Assembly (NCBI GenBank): GCA_001949185.1
Contig: BDGG01000002.1
Location: 3,407,826 to 3,471,825, forward strand
Source of the DNA: Ramazzottius varieornatus
Lineage: Eukaryota > Animalia > Tardigrada
Length of the DNA: 64,000 nucleotides
Direction of reading: 5' to 3'
The translations under genes were made by a program, and so were the position numbers. The notes under the pieces are model-generated. The model did no database searches and was not told where the DNA came from. It was given only the letters and a program-made list of their open reading frames with translations. This document shows positions 26,301 through 40,200 of this stretch, one piece after another; position 1 is the stretch's first letter, and each line of letters opens with the position of its first letter.

Positions 26301-29300
26301 AACACGGTGTAACCCACTATAGCAACATGTATTAATAGAAAGAATTATTAGATACTTCTTTGATGTGTAAAAAATCTCTGACGGCAAAAGAAACGGCACA
26401 TCCGTGGACGGGGGAATCGTCGTCTAACGTCCCATCGTAGCTGACGTTGGTACGTACAGCAAAGGCAACCGGTTTCGACTGCGAAAACGAACAGACAGCA
26501 TTAGCCCCAATGATCAATGTACTTTCTTAGTACAGTGTTTCACTGGACGCTGGTTATACCATAGCAGGGAAGTCTATTAAAGACAAAGTTTCTGTGGCGC
26601 AGAAAGCCGTAGCTTTACTTTAACAGTTGCGCACAGCCGTGGCAATAAGGTATACGACCTTGCGCGATTACCTCGGGGAGATTTCTGTCGACGCCCCAGT
26701 TTGAACGAACACCGGTTGACTTCCGAGCTTCTCGCCAAAGACGCTAGTGTTAAGCTTAAAAAGTGAGTTCACCTGTCTAACTAACTACAAGAATGGTGAT
26801 GGCCAAGGAAGTAAGCCAAGTGAGAAAGAAATGAGCCGCATGAGACTACGTAAAGCGGCAATCTATCAAGTACGGGAGTAAAGTTACTCGAGGAAGGAAC
26901 CGTTAATCAATACACGATGAAACTCAACCATCGTTGCGTGCGTCTCCTTTCTGTTTTGTCCCGTCCAACAGTCAACAACGCCGACACAAAAGACTAGGAA
27001 GCAGAGACCAGGATGAAGATGCTTGATTTGTGAAGCTGGGGTCGATTTTGATCGGGTTAAGATGCAAATGGTTCGTCGAAGAACGAGGCTGATTTCAGCG
27101 GAAACCTTTCAATCCAATGCCTACCCGAAGTCTAGCGTTGACCTAAGCCCCACTAACAGAGGCAAACGGAAGTGGATTGCAAAAGGTAGTTCTAGTACTG
27201 AAATTCCGATTCCAAACGTTTCATGTTTCGCAAAACACGGAAATGGACAATGCTCAGTCGAGCAGGCAACCATTCAGCAATGGTTCGCGCCTTCGTGGGC
27301 TTAGAGTGGGCGCTAAAGATTTTGACTGGGTACTATTAGGTTAACGAGGCCCACTGCCCAGAGCAGGCTTGCTAATGTGGCGGAACAATAGGCAGTCCCT
27401 GTGGACCGAACGGGTGGCATGTGACGGAAATCCTTCGAACAAGAGAACCACTGCAGAGGGTACAGTTTAGATCGCTTGATTGGAGTCGATGAGTTGATTG
27501 TTGCTATTTTTCTCGCGATATTTAAAGTCAGTTTCCGCCTTGTTTGATCATTTAATCGAAAGAAACTTGGTATTTCTAGGTGATGGGCCTCGATTGAGTG
27601 GAAGGAATATGGATGTAACAAAAGGATAAATGAGAGGAAAGGACGTGTCGCGAAAAGGCAACATATCAATCCCAGTGATGCTGCAAAGAAAACATGGCAA
27701 GTCAGAAAAGCAAGCAACTTACCCTGGCTTTCTCCAGCTGTTTTAACGCCTGGCGCTCCGTCTCTCTGCGCGCTGCTTCCTTCTCTTCATCCAAGGACAG
27801 GTTGGACGAAGATCCAGTAAAGTTCGACTCGGCAGAACCCTGAAAGAACAAGGAGGATGATTTAGACGACGGAACAGCAGCGTGAGTCCAATTAGCAAGG
27901 GTAATCAGCATTATGATGGGCATTATCCATGAAAAGTGGTACAACTTCAAGGTAAACCACTTCAGACATTCTATGCAAATTCTTGACACAAATGGGATGG
28001 TGGTCAGACGGAGTGGAACAATTAGGAGTATCAAACAACTAACTGGTGATTGCATAGGTTTATGAATACTGCTCGACAAAATCAGCTTGGCTGGACTGTG
28101 GTCAAGATGCTGAAATCGGCACCTTGCTGACGTCGTTGTTATTGTTTTACAGACCTTCCGAACACCTGGCTAATAGGCTATACATCCAAAAGTCTGCAGG
28201 TTTGGCATCAATCAAACAAAACCCTATTTAAAATGTGCTAATGTTGTAGTTCTAGACTACCGAGTCTGCTGACCAGCGGGTTCTCGGTCAGGAAGCGTTG
28301 AAGTACGTTGACTCACGAAACATTCCAGAATGCGGAAAACTGCGGCTACTCTATTATGTTTTGTCAGGTCGAGACAAGTCAACCCCGGTACGTCATGCAG
28401 TCAGAATGTTCAGTGCAGCAAACGAACCTGGAGTCAGCAAGCTGCACGTGGTGGTGTGGATGGAAAAAGGGGAAACGGATGTAGAGCCAAAGAGATCAAG
28501 ATTGATTAGTGAAAGAAGGGAGCGCTATACTGGTTAGTATCCTTGAAAGAAGTACAATCCCCACATCAGTCTCATTTAGTCAGTTGAACACTAGATATGG
28601 CAGCATAGTATTTCGCTAGTCCATGACTGGGAACAATCCAGAGAATAAGAGAAATGTTTCATAGACGGTTGTAGTCCACATCGAGATGCGTACAACAAAG
28701 CCAACAATAATTCACCACCATGGTGTTCCCGAAAAGGGGCTCAGACTCCTCTCTAACTTCCCAGCAAGCTGGAGCGAACCCAACAGACACCAGCAGGAAG
28801 AACAGGTGGAAGACCCAGCCGAGGTTGACGAGACATATCACAGATCTACCTAGGATGACTTTCAGATAGTTAAATGATGAAGAGTGGAGGCTTATGGCCG
28901 TACAGGAAACGAATCTGCACATTCAGCATTTATTCCCAATTTGCTCAAAGCCTCAATGCAGGAGATCATCCACGTCTGACAGCCAGCGTCACATCACATC
29001 GCGCTATAGCTGGCTCGCTCGCTCCTTCCGCGCATGTTGCCAGTGTAGGACGATATGGCGTGTAGCCCTTCTAGCCTCCTTCGCTACAACTAATGTACTG
29101 ATGTAATAGCAAGGCTGCGTAGGGCCTGTCAGAATCGCCTTCCCTTGGCTCTTCCCCCTCTAGCCTCGCCTCTTGCATCTCCCACAAAAAATCTGAATGG
29201 GCAAGCATACAACTCCAGCCCAAAATGAACTTTCTGCTAGCAATTGAGCTTGCCCTGCTGTGATATACCGTAGGACCTGATCGAGCTTCACTGGGTCCCA

Positions 29301-32300
29301 CAAGGCTAAACGACGCCAGTAGGAGCCCGGAAGTTCGCCATTTCCAGTAGATGTTTCATGCCGTGAATGGGCGTCGACAACGAGTATCGTACTCGGTGCG
29401 CCATGCGTCGATCGACAAGCAGTTTATTCTTGCCTCATTGCGCCAAGAAGAGAGATGGGAGTCGGGAGCCAGTCTGCTGGCGACTCCTCATCGACATTTC
29501 AGCATGCACATGTGCGTGTCGGTAAATCCCCGCAGTTCAGGTTAGCATGCAGGCCTCCCAAGTTAAGCATAGTCCCTTATCCTTTTCCAAGTCTTCTTTT
29601 ACCCAGAAACACAGATTCCCGATCTAGACCAAATGTCACTCGACGTTGTTTCAGTCATAACTATAGGTGTCCTACAGTTCTCTAATTGAGTGAAATAAAA
29701 CCCATTTTGTCGTGAAGCGAGCTCAGGTCCCCAAGCCTAGAACTTTTCATTAAGCCGCTACGACGGAGAAACATCGTCGAAAAGAGCCAGGAAGTAAAGT
29801 CGCAAACTCGCTTTCCAAAAGGGTTCGCAAAGGAAAGACCTCCTCGAAAACACTCTAGCTTAGAAGTTATACCATTTTACACCTCTTTCGAGTTGTAAAC
29901 TTTTTGATGATGGGTGTATTCATCGCTGACAGATTGAGCACCGAAGTCGATCTGCTCCTTCGTGGTCCCCGGACACGTACGATGGCGAGGTCCTCTCGGG
30001 GGGAAAAAACATTCATTGACACGCACGTCTATCGCCTAGCTTCCTTTTCCTCCGCGGAACGTTACGAACTTGTTTTTACATCGTAGCTCTACGTCCGCAT
30101 GGAAGACGAGCGTAGAAGACGACCGACCGACCGACCGACTAGAATACACAAGCGCGTACTCGAATCCGGGGTGGAGCCGCCATCGTCGTAACCTACAGTA
30201 AGTCCGCACCTCAATCGGCTACGCATTGGTCAGGGCCCAAATGCACAGACAATCTACTGTGTAAAATTGGGCTCTAGTCAATAGGGAGAAGGGCCGTTGA
30301 TGAAGGAAGACTTGTGCACGAAGAACAGAGGGGAACAGTACAAGCGTACAACGCCGCCAGTGTTCAAATAAGTAGCTCAAATCAATAAGTGGAAATGCTG
30401 CACTCTTTTGCTCCAACACGCTGCTGACGGGCGACTGGGAGCGCTAGTCGCGTCCGAGATCCCAGGATCGGGCTGGAGAGTGAGAAGGAGCGGAAGGCAA
30501 GTAGCCATAACGTGGGCCATTTTCAGCCTTCATTTACATGTCCAACAAATTAACGTCGGGACTTTGCGTAGTCAAGCTGACGGGTAATGCGGATCGGGAG
30601 TGGCGTTACGACGTAATAACGGCCACCCATGACGAGAAAAAAGCCGCCTCGATTCTAGTATGCGTATTTTGATTCAAGTTAAGGAAATACCCATTAAGAA
30701 AGATTTGTCCATGCTTAAATGAATTTTGAGATTATTTTTCTTGGATGGAATATGATAAAAATGCTTACTCGAAGGCGATCGGTCAGATCCTTTTGATGAG
30801 CCCAAATACTCCCGCGTCGGCGCATGCCAACAGGCCGATTAATGGCCATGATGGAAAAACAATAAACAACGGATTCCCCACTTCAAATGTCCTTAAGTTG
30901 GCGTTATCAGATCAGCATTAGCATCATTCGATCACAGTCGAAGGAAAAATGCTAAAGTTTGGTCATGATAGGGGTTCTACATTCCGCGGACTGGGCGATC
31001 ATTTACCGAATCGCCTGCTGTGAACCATTTTGGGAAGATTTTCCAAGCAAAATGTGCTTTTCAAGTCGACCAACAGCTCACTGACAAAACATTTTGTAAC
31101 GTGAAGAATGAGTTCGAGAAGGAAAGTTAAGGTCGGTGCTTCGGAAAGCCCGCTCGTATCACTCAGCGCAGAAATATTTTAAGCTGTTACTATAAACAGC
31201 ATTTGGCGCTTGCACAACCTCATTCTGCCATTTTGTAACCGTCTTTACGGTAAGAGAGAAGAAGGCATCGGGAAGAATGTTCCGTCCTGACATCATACGT
31301 TCCGCACAGTTGTTTTTTGATCGCCTGCTGCTTTCAAGACTGTCGGAAGTCCAAACTCTGCTGGTTCTTGCCGAACTTCAGCGTGTTGGGATCGTACTGA
31401 GAAGCCAAGTGCGGCATGCACGCCGGCACGGTCTGCTGAATGAGAGCTCGAAGTCATTCTCTGCTCTGCTCTAGAATGTGTTCTAAATTAGAATGTCGTG
31501 AAGGGTATTTCGGGATCGTTGCTTAGACTGTACGATGAAAGCATGAATGGGTGCGGCATGAATCTGCCCATCGAGCCTAATTGCTTTGAAGTGTACCTCA
31601 GCGAAACGGAGTCAAGCAAGATTAGCCCAAGCACTCCTCAACCATACCATAAACATCCGGAGAAAAGAAGACTTTGAACTCACCCGTTTTATATTTCCCT
31701 CAACACCCTGAGCACGACGCGATTTCGGGCTTTCAGAATACCAGGTGGGATACTTACTTTCGCCTCCTTTTAATTGGTTGAGGTCGGTGAGCGGCGCCAA
31801 ATTGGACCAATCACCTCCTCTTCGACTGGCTAAAAATGGGGAATATGATCTACGCTGCACAGTGCGCCACCTGGCACCTCAAAATGGTCGACCTTCATAA
31901 TTTCTTGTTGACCACTGGGAAGATCTTTTTTCCAGTCTAAAATCTTACCAAGATACAAAAACGTTTGAAAACTAGAGCTAACTTTTTTTGGAGACACTGA
32001 GCCAACCGAGAGCCTTGCTGAACGAAAATTTACTGGCTACGACGAAATTTCATCGAAGACGGAAATAATTCCAGGCAGTTTTCCATAGCCACTGTCCAGA
32101 GGCTGTTAGTTGCAACCTCAGTAGAAGGGGATTCTTCAGGCAAACGTGGAAAATCGGGTAGCAGAAGGTAAGCTGGAATCTCGCTACGTAGAAATTAGTG
32201 TGCGCCAGGAAAATTAATTTCCCGCCCTTTGCTCAAGGTGTTAAAACTTTGCCTTTCAAGCAGGAACGATTTTGATCTTCGCGGTTCTTACCTGACGGTG

Positions 32301-34231
32301 GATGGTACTTCCGGAAGGTGCGAAGGGTTCCGAGGAGGATTTGTCGGCTAACGTCAGTTTATGGCGTCTCCATTCCCGTTCCTGAAAACAGAAAGAGTTT
32401 ATCTAATATAACATGCCGGTAACATTCCCGCAAATCGAAAGTCATGATGTAGGAATTTCCTGAAATAATGGAATGGATGAATCTACCGAGAGTATGGAGT
32501 TCGAAGGTTAAAGTTTCTCGGCATATTTGAGACTCAGAAACGTGAGGAGTGTACGTCATCCAGAAGAGGGATGCCCCGGAACTTATCTAGCAGGTGCTAA
32601 CATTACGTCGGATTTGTTGTAAACAATCTAAATATATCATAGGTCGACGATCAGATAAATTTGATCGATGGTTTCCTAAGGAGTCCGTGTGCAGGGATTG
32701 ACCTCTGTTGATTGTTGATGATTTGGACGATGCCGCGACGCGCGGGTCGATCCGATAATTCACCACAAAAGAAAGGAAAAGCCTGGCGCTGTATGAGAAT
32801 TGCTTCCGTCCTGCTGTATTGTACAGAAGCTGAATACCATACGTTTGTGTATGCTAAAGTGGTCTTGTACTGCACACCCAAAATACGGACTGTGGTTTGT
32901 CGATAAATCTCTCCATTTTATCGAGTGACCTGAGTTTCATTTGTTTGGCTCGCTTTTTGCGCGTAGGCATTTCAGGACTTTGCACTGTAGATAGTCGGTT
33001 CACTGATTGCGTGAGTTCGCCAAACCCGCATAGCGCTAAGATAAAGCGCCATCTGTGTTCCGACCGGCATATGTGATTTTGTATAAACCCCCTCGGTCTA
33101 AAAAAAACCTCTTCGTTTTCGACGGCTTTTGAGAAAAATCAGGCTTTTGGTATTGAGGCATGCGTGTCATCCAGAAAGGGTGAACCATTCGCTTTGGTGC
33201 ACTGTTCTTGAGTTCATGGCATCTATCCGCCGAGTCGCTTTACTGCATGAAAGTCTCAAAGTCGTGCTTTCCGCTCATCACCGGTATCGTATTCCCGAGT
33301 AAACGGAAATTACGTTGTTCATGCCCTTGACAACGTGGATGACTTCCGGTGTACGGTAGTATAATAACACTAAGCAGATTAGTACGAGATTACCGGCCAT
33401 TGTACAAAAATTTTTTGCCTGCATATGGCCTGCTCAACGGAATGTGACGTTGTAGCTTTGAGATGTGTGCATGATAATTTTAAGTTTCGCCAGTGAAGTG
33501 ACGTAGAGAACGCGAGGCCAAAATTAAGCTCGCCCTCGCGCAGATTGGCAGTTGCACTGTGATGTTTGTGAATGTCTGTGTAGCTCGAGGCACCCCACCA
33601 AAGTTTAGAATGTCTGGAGCGAGTGGGGAGAAGGAACCCAAAAAACAAAGAGAGGTGTGGCTCTTCCCAAGGATATGCAAATTAAGTGCTCCGAACAGTA
33701 GCTGATTGGCTTGAGTTGCATCTACATGGCTGGGAATCTCTAATCTTCCATTTAACCGACCATAACCGCTTGTAATGGAAACTGTTCGATACGCAAACCA
33801 GGATGATAGCCCTGATAAACGATGTAAATATATTGGGTAAACATTCAGTGACATAACACTACATTTTTTTACTTCCTTGCGCGGAACAGTGGACCGCAGA
33901 ACCATGCCCATTACCGCCTATTCGATTCACACTATATCGTTCAATATATCAATAGCTGGTATCGCAGTAGGCATCGACAATCTTGAGAAGAGCGCAAGAT
34001 TGAGGGGGAGGGGGGTCTGAGTGAACTCATATTGCTCATATTGGCCACAGCGTAGAATTCTGGCAAAGACCCAAGAGTCCAGAGTTTCTAATGATGTCGT
34101 TCTTATGGTTCTTATCGTGCCGGACACAGCACTGTTACCTGTGGGACTATGGAGGTGATGGCCGGTTCCAGCTTATGCCTGCTCAAAGGCGTCGGACTCT
34201 CCGCCAGGCTAGTTTCCTCCGCATCGGCCAT
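23363..34231 (-). CDS. CACNB: Voltage-dependent calcium channel beta subunit (SH3-HOOK-GK)
   Basis: Exons at approx. 34231-34139 (first exon, less certain), 32381-32292 (...HRQ), 27840-27724 (GSAES...[12 protein letters not shown]), 26479-26356 ([15 protein letters not shown]), 26292-26092 ([21 protein letters not shown]), 25996-25870, 25260-25121 ([30 protein letters not shown]), 24833-24721 ([13 protein letters not shown]), 24340-24188 ([25 protein letters not shown]) and ~24110-23363 ([11 protein letters not shown]...[10 protein letters not shown]). Confidence 0.93.
24455..24615. repeat. Tandem pair of family-A palindromes in a CACNB intron
   Basis: AAGTGACGCAC...GTGCGCCACTTG is immediately followed by CAAGTGGTATA...GTGCGCCACTTG. 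Confidence 0.7.
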
Positions 34232-36374
34232 AGTCCACTGCTGGTTCGTGCGGGCCTGCTGAGGAGGTATTCCGTGCAGGTTCACACGCCAGCGGACCAG
34301 CAGGAGAAGGAATCGGCTTGTCAGCCTGTCAGAGGCGTCAGCTGCGTCGCTTCTCCAGGGACAGCTCTCAGGTGGGGACATCATTAGGCATGCAGGGATT
34401 GTGGTTAATCCAACTCATCTCGCATTAGATTGGGTTCTCCACCGGTACCATCCGCGTCTGCGTCGGTGTGACCTTATGGATAGCGTGCTTGGCCCGGGTT
34501 TCCGCTTCACCAGAGGAAATTGTCACCGCCGATCGATAATGATAGTAATATAGGGCCAATACGCTAACTTCGGTAAACGCAATGATAACATGGATTTTTA
34601 ATCAATAGGCAGACGTTAACGAGACCATCGGAGGCGAAGGTGTATTGGGCATTTACCCGTTCTTGACGGAAGAAAATTCTCAGCAAGCAGCAGAGGAAAT
34701 TGGAATGATCGATGAAGGACGCGATTGAGGTGGAAATATCGAGCTATGAAGTGTAAAGTAGCAGCGATGATGGTAGGACCATTTGACACACTGACTGACT
34801 TGACAAACTAAGTCAAGCTGACATAAATAAGAAATCCCCTTGGCTCTTCAAAAGTTAAATGCTATAGCTTTGCTGGCCTTCATACATCAGGCGCTTTTTC
34901 TCTCCGACATAAGCAAACAGACGAACCGAAAAGAAATATGAATCGAACGCGGAATTGCTCATATACGGGCAAATCGAACCAGTGTCTGCACCAGGGAAGC
35001 TTCAGGGTAAAAAATGTTCATAATTAGATTTTCCGCTTCGGCAGCTGTTGTTTAACAAGATAAAACACCAGACAAAGACACAAAAGAAACCGTGGAAGTA
35101 AGGGGGTCGTATCAAGGAAGTACTCTGGAAAAAGCGTTAGAGGCCACTCTGGAGAGGCCGAGCTTCACATTATGATCAAATATCAGGCAATAAACGAACG
35201 ACCACGCTTTTTCCCCATCGATACCCTGCTCGACACTCTCGTCCGTGGTGGAGATTACGGGAAGACCAAGTGAGCGCTTTGCATCACCACCAGCGCAGAT
35301 TGAACGCGAGTAAATCACGCATGTTGGTTGGACGGGTAAAGCAGTGCGTGGGCTACACCGCGCTTATACGCCTAAATGAAAATACTGTACTGTACAGTCC
35401 TTCGCTTCAGTTCCAGATTTTGATGTAAAAGAAGAATCACTGTGGCCAGTCAATAGAGCGTATAGCTTTTGTGTAGCGCTTCCCTTTTACTCTAGTTACC
35501 CTAGCTCTGTGTGCGGGAAGCCGAATATCGATCCCGTCCCCGTAACGGCGTTGCATAGACGGGATATTATGCAAGGGAAATCCTGTCCTGTCATGTCGGT
35601 CGGCTTTTTGCATCAGCTTCAACGCACTTAATGGCTCGTCATCCACCCTATCCGCCAATCTGTTGCATGGTACTTTCTAATTGCCTGCAATAGAGGCGGA
35701 GCTTGGTGCAATGCTAAGGCTAATTTTAACCGGCATTAAATCAACCTGGGTTTCGCGTGTTTCTGTGTGCTCAGCGGTGCTTGCGAAGTTGGGGCCATGT
35801 TACAGAAATTACTGTACGGTGGAACCGTGAAGCTTTCGCCAGTATTATGGTGGCTACTCGGTTGCAATGTTGAAGGTTTTAGAGTCAAAACGGGAGGCTC
35901 TACTTATGACTGTGGGTGATTACGTACGCTACAAGCCCTTGAGCACCAACTGCTTCCGGTTGGGAAATTTAACTGGAAATCATAGTAAAGTTTCCAAGAG
36001 CCTACTCAATTGCGTGCTTGTTCGAGTTACATTTCCGTAGTCAACCGGTCCGTCAAATTTCGTCTGGGTCTGGCACGTGCGCCGAGATAGCTGGATGATT
36101 GTTGGCTGTGAGTGTGCGGTACTATGGGTTCTCACCGACACCGTAGCAGCCCCAGATTGATAAATTTCTTCGACGCTCTGAATATTTACAGATCTCGAGG
36201 TTTGGCGCCATGACGAAACAACAGCAAAGAAGCCTTATACCGCAAGTAAAAGAAAGCAAGCATATTAATGAGCGAAATTACGCCGGTTGCGCTGGGATCT
36301 TCATTTTCCCATTTCCTTGTAGAGTTCGTCTGGTCGATCTGCTTCCATCGAACTGGCTGGTTTTCTACAGTCAC

Positions 36375-36705
36375 CAGAGGCGGCTGGAGGTATTAAAAAG
36401 GTCCGCAATTTGGCCCTTTTTCTACGAGATCTTCATGGGTTATTAGTCGGGGTTGTGCCCAGCACGGACCTGACAAACAACTTCGTAGAAAAAGGGCCAA
36501 ATTGCGGACTTTTTAATACAGTGTACGACAAAATAAACCGTCAAAACTGGGTGTTGGATGGAGCCAGATGGATGAAGCCAATGAAATTTGCCCATGCAGC
36601 AAAATATAATTCTCATTGGCCGAGTCGTAAATAATCTCCAGCTGCAGTATTACGCCCATTCTTAACGATTAATTTTGTCGTACACTGTACCTCCAGCCGC
36701 CTCTG
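36375..36705. mobile_element. MITE (family C) interrupted by a nested family-B MITE
   Basis: The left TIR CAGAGGCGGCTGGAGGTA|CAGTGTACGACAAAAT is split by the insert. The intact reverse complement ATTTTGTCGTACACTGTACCTCCAGCCGCCTCTG lies at ~36672-36705. Confidence 0.75.
36393..36516. mobile_element. MITE (family B), nested, TA target-site duplication
   Basis: TA-[TTAAAAAGGTCCGCAATTTGGCCCTTTTTCTACGA...TCGTAGAAAAAGGGCCAAATTGCGGACTTTTTAA]-TA. Confidence 0.8.
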
Positions 36706-37297
36706 ACAGTTACTATACAATTTCATCGTTGAACTATGTATCAATGAGCATCTGATCAGCGATAGCTCACTGCCAGGCTTCTTTTCGAACGAATTTTTGG
36801 GAAAACACCTGCAGAAATGCGGAGGTTCCATAGGGGGCGGTAGCACTCGAAGTGATGCATTCTCCCAGCTACGGAAATAATATTTGCAGTTTCCTAGCCA
36901 TAATGCTCCCATGCGCATTGTACATGTCGAAGTGCTTAGGAGGACGTAATGAGAGCTAATAACTCGATCGCTGTCGGAGATGGAATTCGGAGCACGAAGC
37001 AGATGGCGAATGCTCGAGAAAATATTTTGCGGTTGCTGCTAGGAACAACAGTGTAGGCGGTAATGATACCGCGAACGACAGTCTGCAACTAGCATGTCTC
37101 ACATAGCTATTCTGCTAGCTTGAACCCGTTCAAGTGGCATATATCAGCCAGAAAGAAGTCTCATAGTCGGGGCAGCACGTCTAACATGATGCGGTTTGTA
37201 ATTTACCCAAAGTGGAACGTTTTTCCAGAATCTCATAGGCAATGACGCGTTTCCCTGTGTCCCGCGCTCCTTCATGATTGGATTTACCGGCGGGAAA

Positions 37298-40200
37298 ATG
37301 TACAGTGGAGTTTTTGTGTCGGCCTTCTTACACTTAAGTATTTTAAGCTTGATCTCCGCATCTACGGATGCTCCGACAGTTTACAAAAATTTGACACTGA
37401 AGGAAAATGTTGTTGATGCTGATTCGCCTTATCTCGTGACGAGTAAGTGCACAATATGTAGGGCAGTTTTCCAGAAGGCGCGCAACTGTCAAGGGGACCC
37501 TTAGATGTCGATGCTTTACAGATTCTCCTCCAGAAACGGATACGTTCGAATACCAACTACCCTTTGTCTGTACGTTCGATCAGCAGGAGGGACTGCGCCA
37601 GTACCCGTCAAACTGTGGCATCATCCAGGATCAAGCCGAATTCGAAGATGACTGGAACTGGGACTTACGTGCAGGACCGACACCGTAAGCTTCCCCAGTC
37701 TAAACAGCCTGCATGTCCACATGTGACGCATTATTTCATGACAATATCATATCGCTCGTGGTCACTGAATATTCAGCATCGTTATCTTAGTTCTCCAGGA
37801 ACAGGTCCGCAGACGGATAAGTCTCAGTCCGCACTAGGCTATTACATTTACTTCGAGTCGAGTTCCCCGGTCTTAGAAGGCCACTATGCCGTCTTCGCCA
37901 CACCGTGGTTGTCGGCTTCCCATGAAAACATCTGCATCAGTTTTTGGTTCAGCATGGAAGGGGATATCGGCATGGGGTTCCTCGATGTCTACATGGATGT
38001 GGCCGGACAACAAGAGCCGACTATTATCTTCCAGACTGATGGTCCACATGGCAAAGACTGGCTGGGCTTCTACGAACAGATCAGAGTAGCAGTACAGCAT
38101 TCGTTCAGGCTGAGGTTCATCGCTACGAGAGGGAAAAGCTTCCGCTCCGACATCGCCCTGGACGAGTAGGTTTTGAAAGTTCCTTCGGGCTGAAATTTGA
38201 CTTTATGTGTGATGTGTAAATTGTTCTTTGTTCAGTATTGTGGTCAAGGAAGTCAGAGGGGATGAGTCCTGTTTCCCTTTGGCCCAGTACCCAAACGCGA
38301 TAGGTGACTCTCTCCTATTTTGTGATATTGATTCGGACGGAAAATGCAAGATGCAGCAAGAAGAGTCGCAAAAAGACTATGTGTGGAATGCAACCAAAAT
38401 GGAAGGATACCGGTTTGGTACAGGACCTGACATAGGTAGGCTTCGCTTGTGAATCAGTTTTCGCTCTTGGTTATGCTGTCACTGGTTTGAGTGACACCAA
38501 AAACAGAAACTAGAAACCAAAACTAGAAAAGTAAGAAGATGGGTACACGCAGGAGAAGGAAGTCTGGGCCAGTAAAAAGTTTGGGCCAGAGGATTCCGAA
38601 ACCGCGGAACGTAAGCACGTAGGTACGTGTGTAATTCACATCCATGTACTTTTCGACAGCTTTTTACGGTTGAATTATCAGTTCGCCGTCTTTCCCTCTG
38701 GCCCAAACTTTTTACTGGCCCAAACTTCCTTTTCCCGCGTGTACATACTGCCTATTTGTCTACGGTTGTGTCTGACCCAATGTCTCCGCGGCTCATCTTT
38801 GGCCTTTGTAGGCGATCACACCAGAGGGCGCTACGGAAAGTACCTTCTCGCGAGAAGTGAAACCGGGGAGCCGGGAACATCTGCTCGACTTCTAATTACT
38901 CTGGACGAACAGATCACCGAACGAAACTCTACCAAGAAGGACCTGTGCATTGATTTCTATTACATGACGTTCGGACGGGACATGGGCGAACTGCGAGTAA
39001 ACCTTCTCTACCGTAAGGTTGAGCATGATTTCATCACCATCAAGCATGCAACGAACCGTGCGTGGTACCAGTTCGGGAAGATCCTGAAAGGCTTCACCGA
39101 GAACAACGTCACGGTAAGCCCAACCAGCCAAACTCCGATTTTTCTTGCGTAAAACAGCCTATGTTCGCAGCTGGTTCTGGAGGCTGTGCGAGGCGGATCG
39201 AACATGAGCGATATCGCTGTCGACGACGTCCACATTTTCTTTTGTGATGGACGCGAATATCCCCGTTACGAAGTCGGTCACGCTTCGGTGTTAAGTGAGT
39301 ACTGCCTAATAACTGCATAGAGACCTCCTGTGGAATATCACACCCTTCCCATTTGATAGCGCCATGGTGTCGGGATGGAGCTTTGCCGTGCCCGGAGAAA
39401 GATGGCTGCATCCTACCAGAATACCTTTGTGATGGTGTCGAACATTGCATCAACGGATCAGACGAGAAGTTCTGCAGTCATCGTAAGCAATGCAGACTTT
39501 TCACGTGGAACGGATGGTTCACCATTGGTGCGCCAATTTTCCAGAGTAGCTTTGCTTGGTTTACAGAATGTGGAGTGCCGTTGGTTCCTGCGAACACCAT
39601 TATGACCAAGATCGTCTACGGCCAGAGCGTCAAGCCTCATTCCTGGCCTTGGCAGGTAGCGCTTATCGACACCACCGACGAAACACAGTTCTGTGGAGGT
39701 AGAAATTAGTGCCGTAGTCCTCTGTCCCATAATGAAGTTCACTTCCAGTTCATTGTCAGGTTCCATCATACACGCTTTCTGGATACTGACGGCTGCACAT
39801 TGCCTAACAGCACACGCTCCCAGGTTAGTAAAGTGTGAAACAGACGGTCACTGTTGGTACTTGGTACCAAGACGAAAAAGAATTACCTTTCTTTGGTGCA
39901 AAATTACAAGACATTACACACTTTGTTGTTGCTGGCGAAGTGTAAACCCGAACAGCCATGCGACAGTATCTTTTGACCAATTTTCTACGGTTCTTTCTTG
40001 TTTGTAGTGAGCATAACCGCCTCTCCAACATGTTGATTCGTGTGGGCGACCACAGCCTGCTGTACAACACGGAGCCCAGCCAAATGGACTACTACCCAAG
40101 CGGACTCTTCATCCATCCTGAGTTCAACAAGCCTTTCAGGGCCAATGATTTCGGCCTGATCCGCCTGCGTGCACCCATCCTTTTCCGCCAAGAAATCCAA

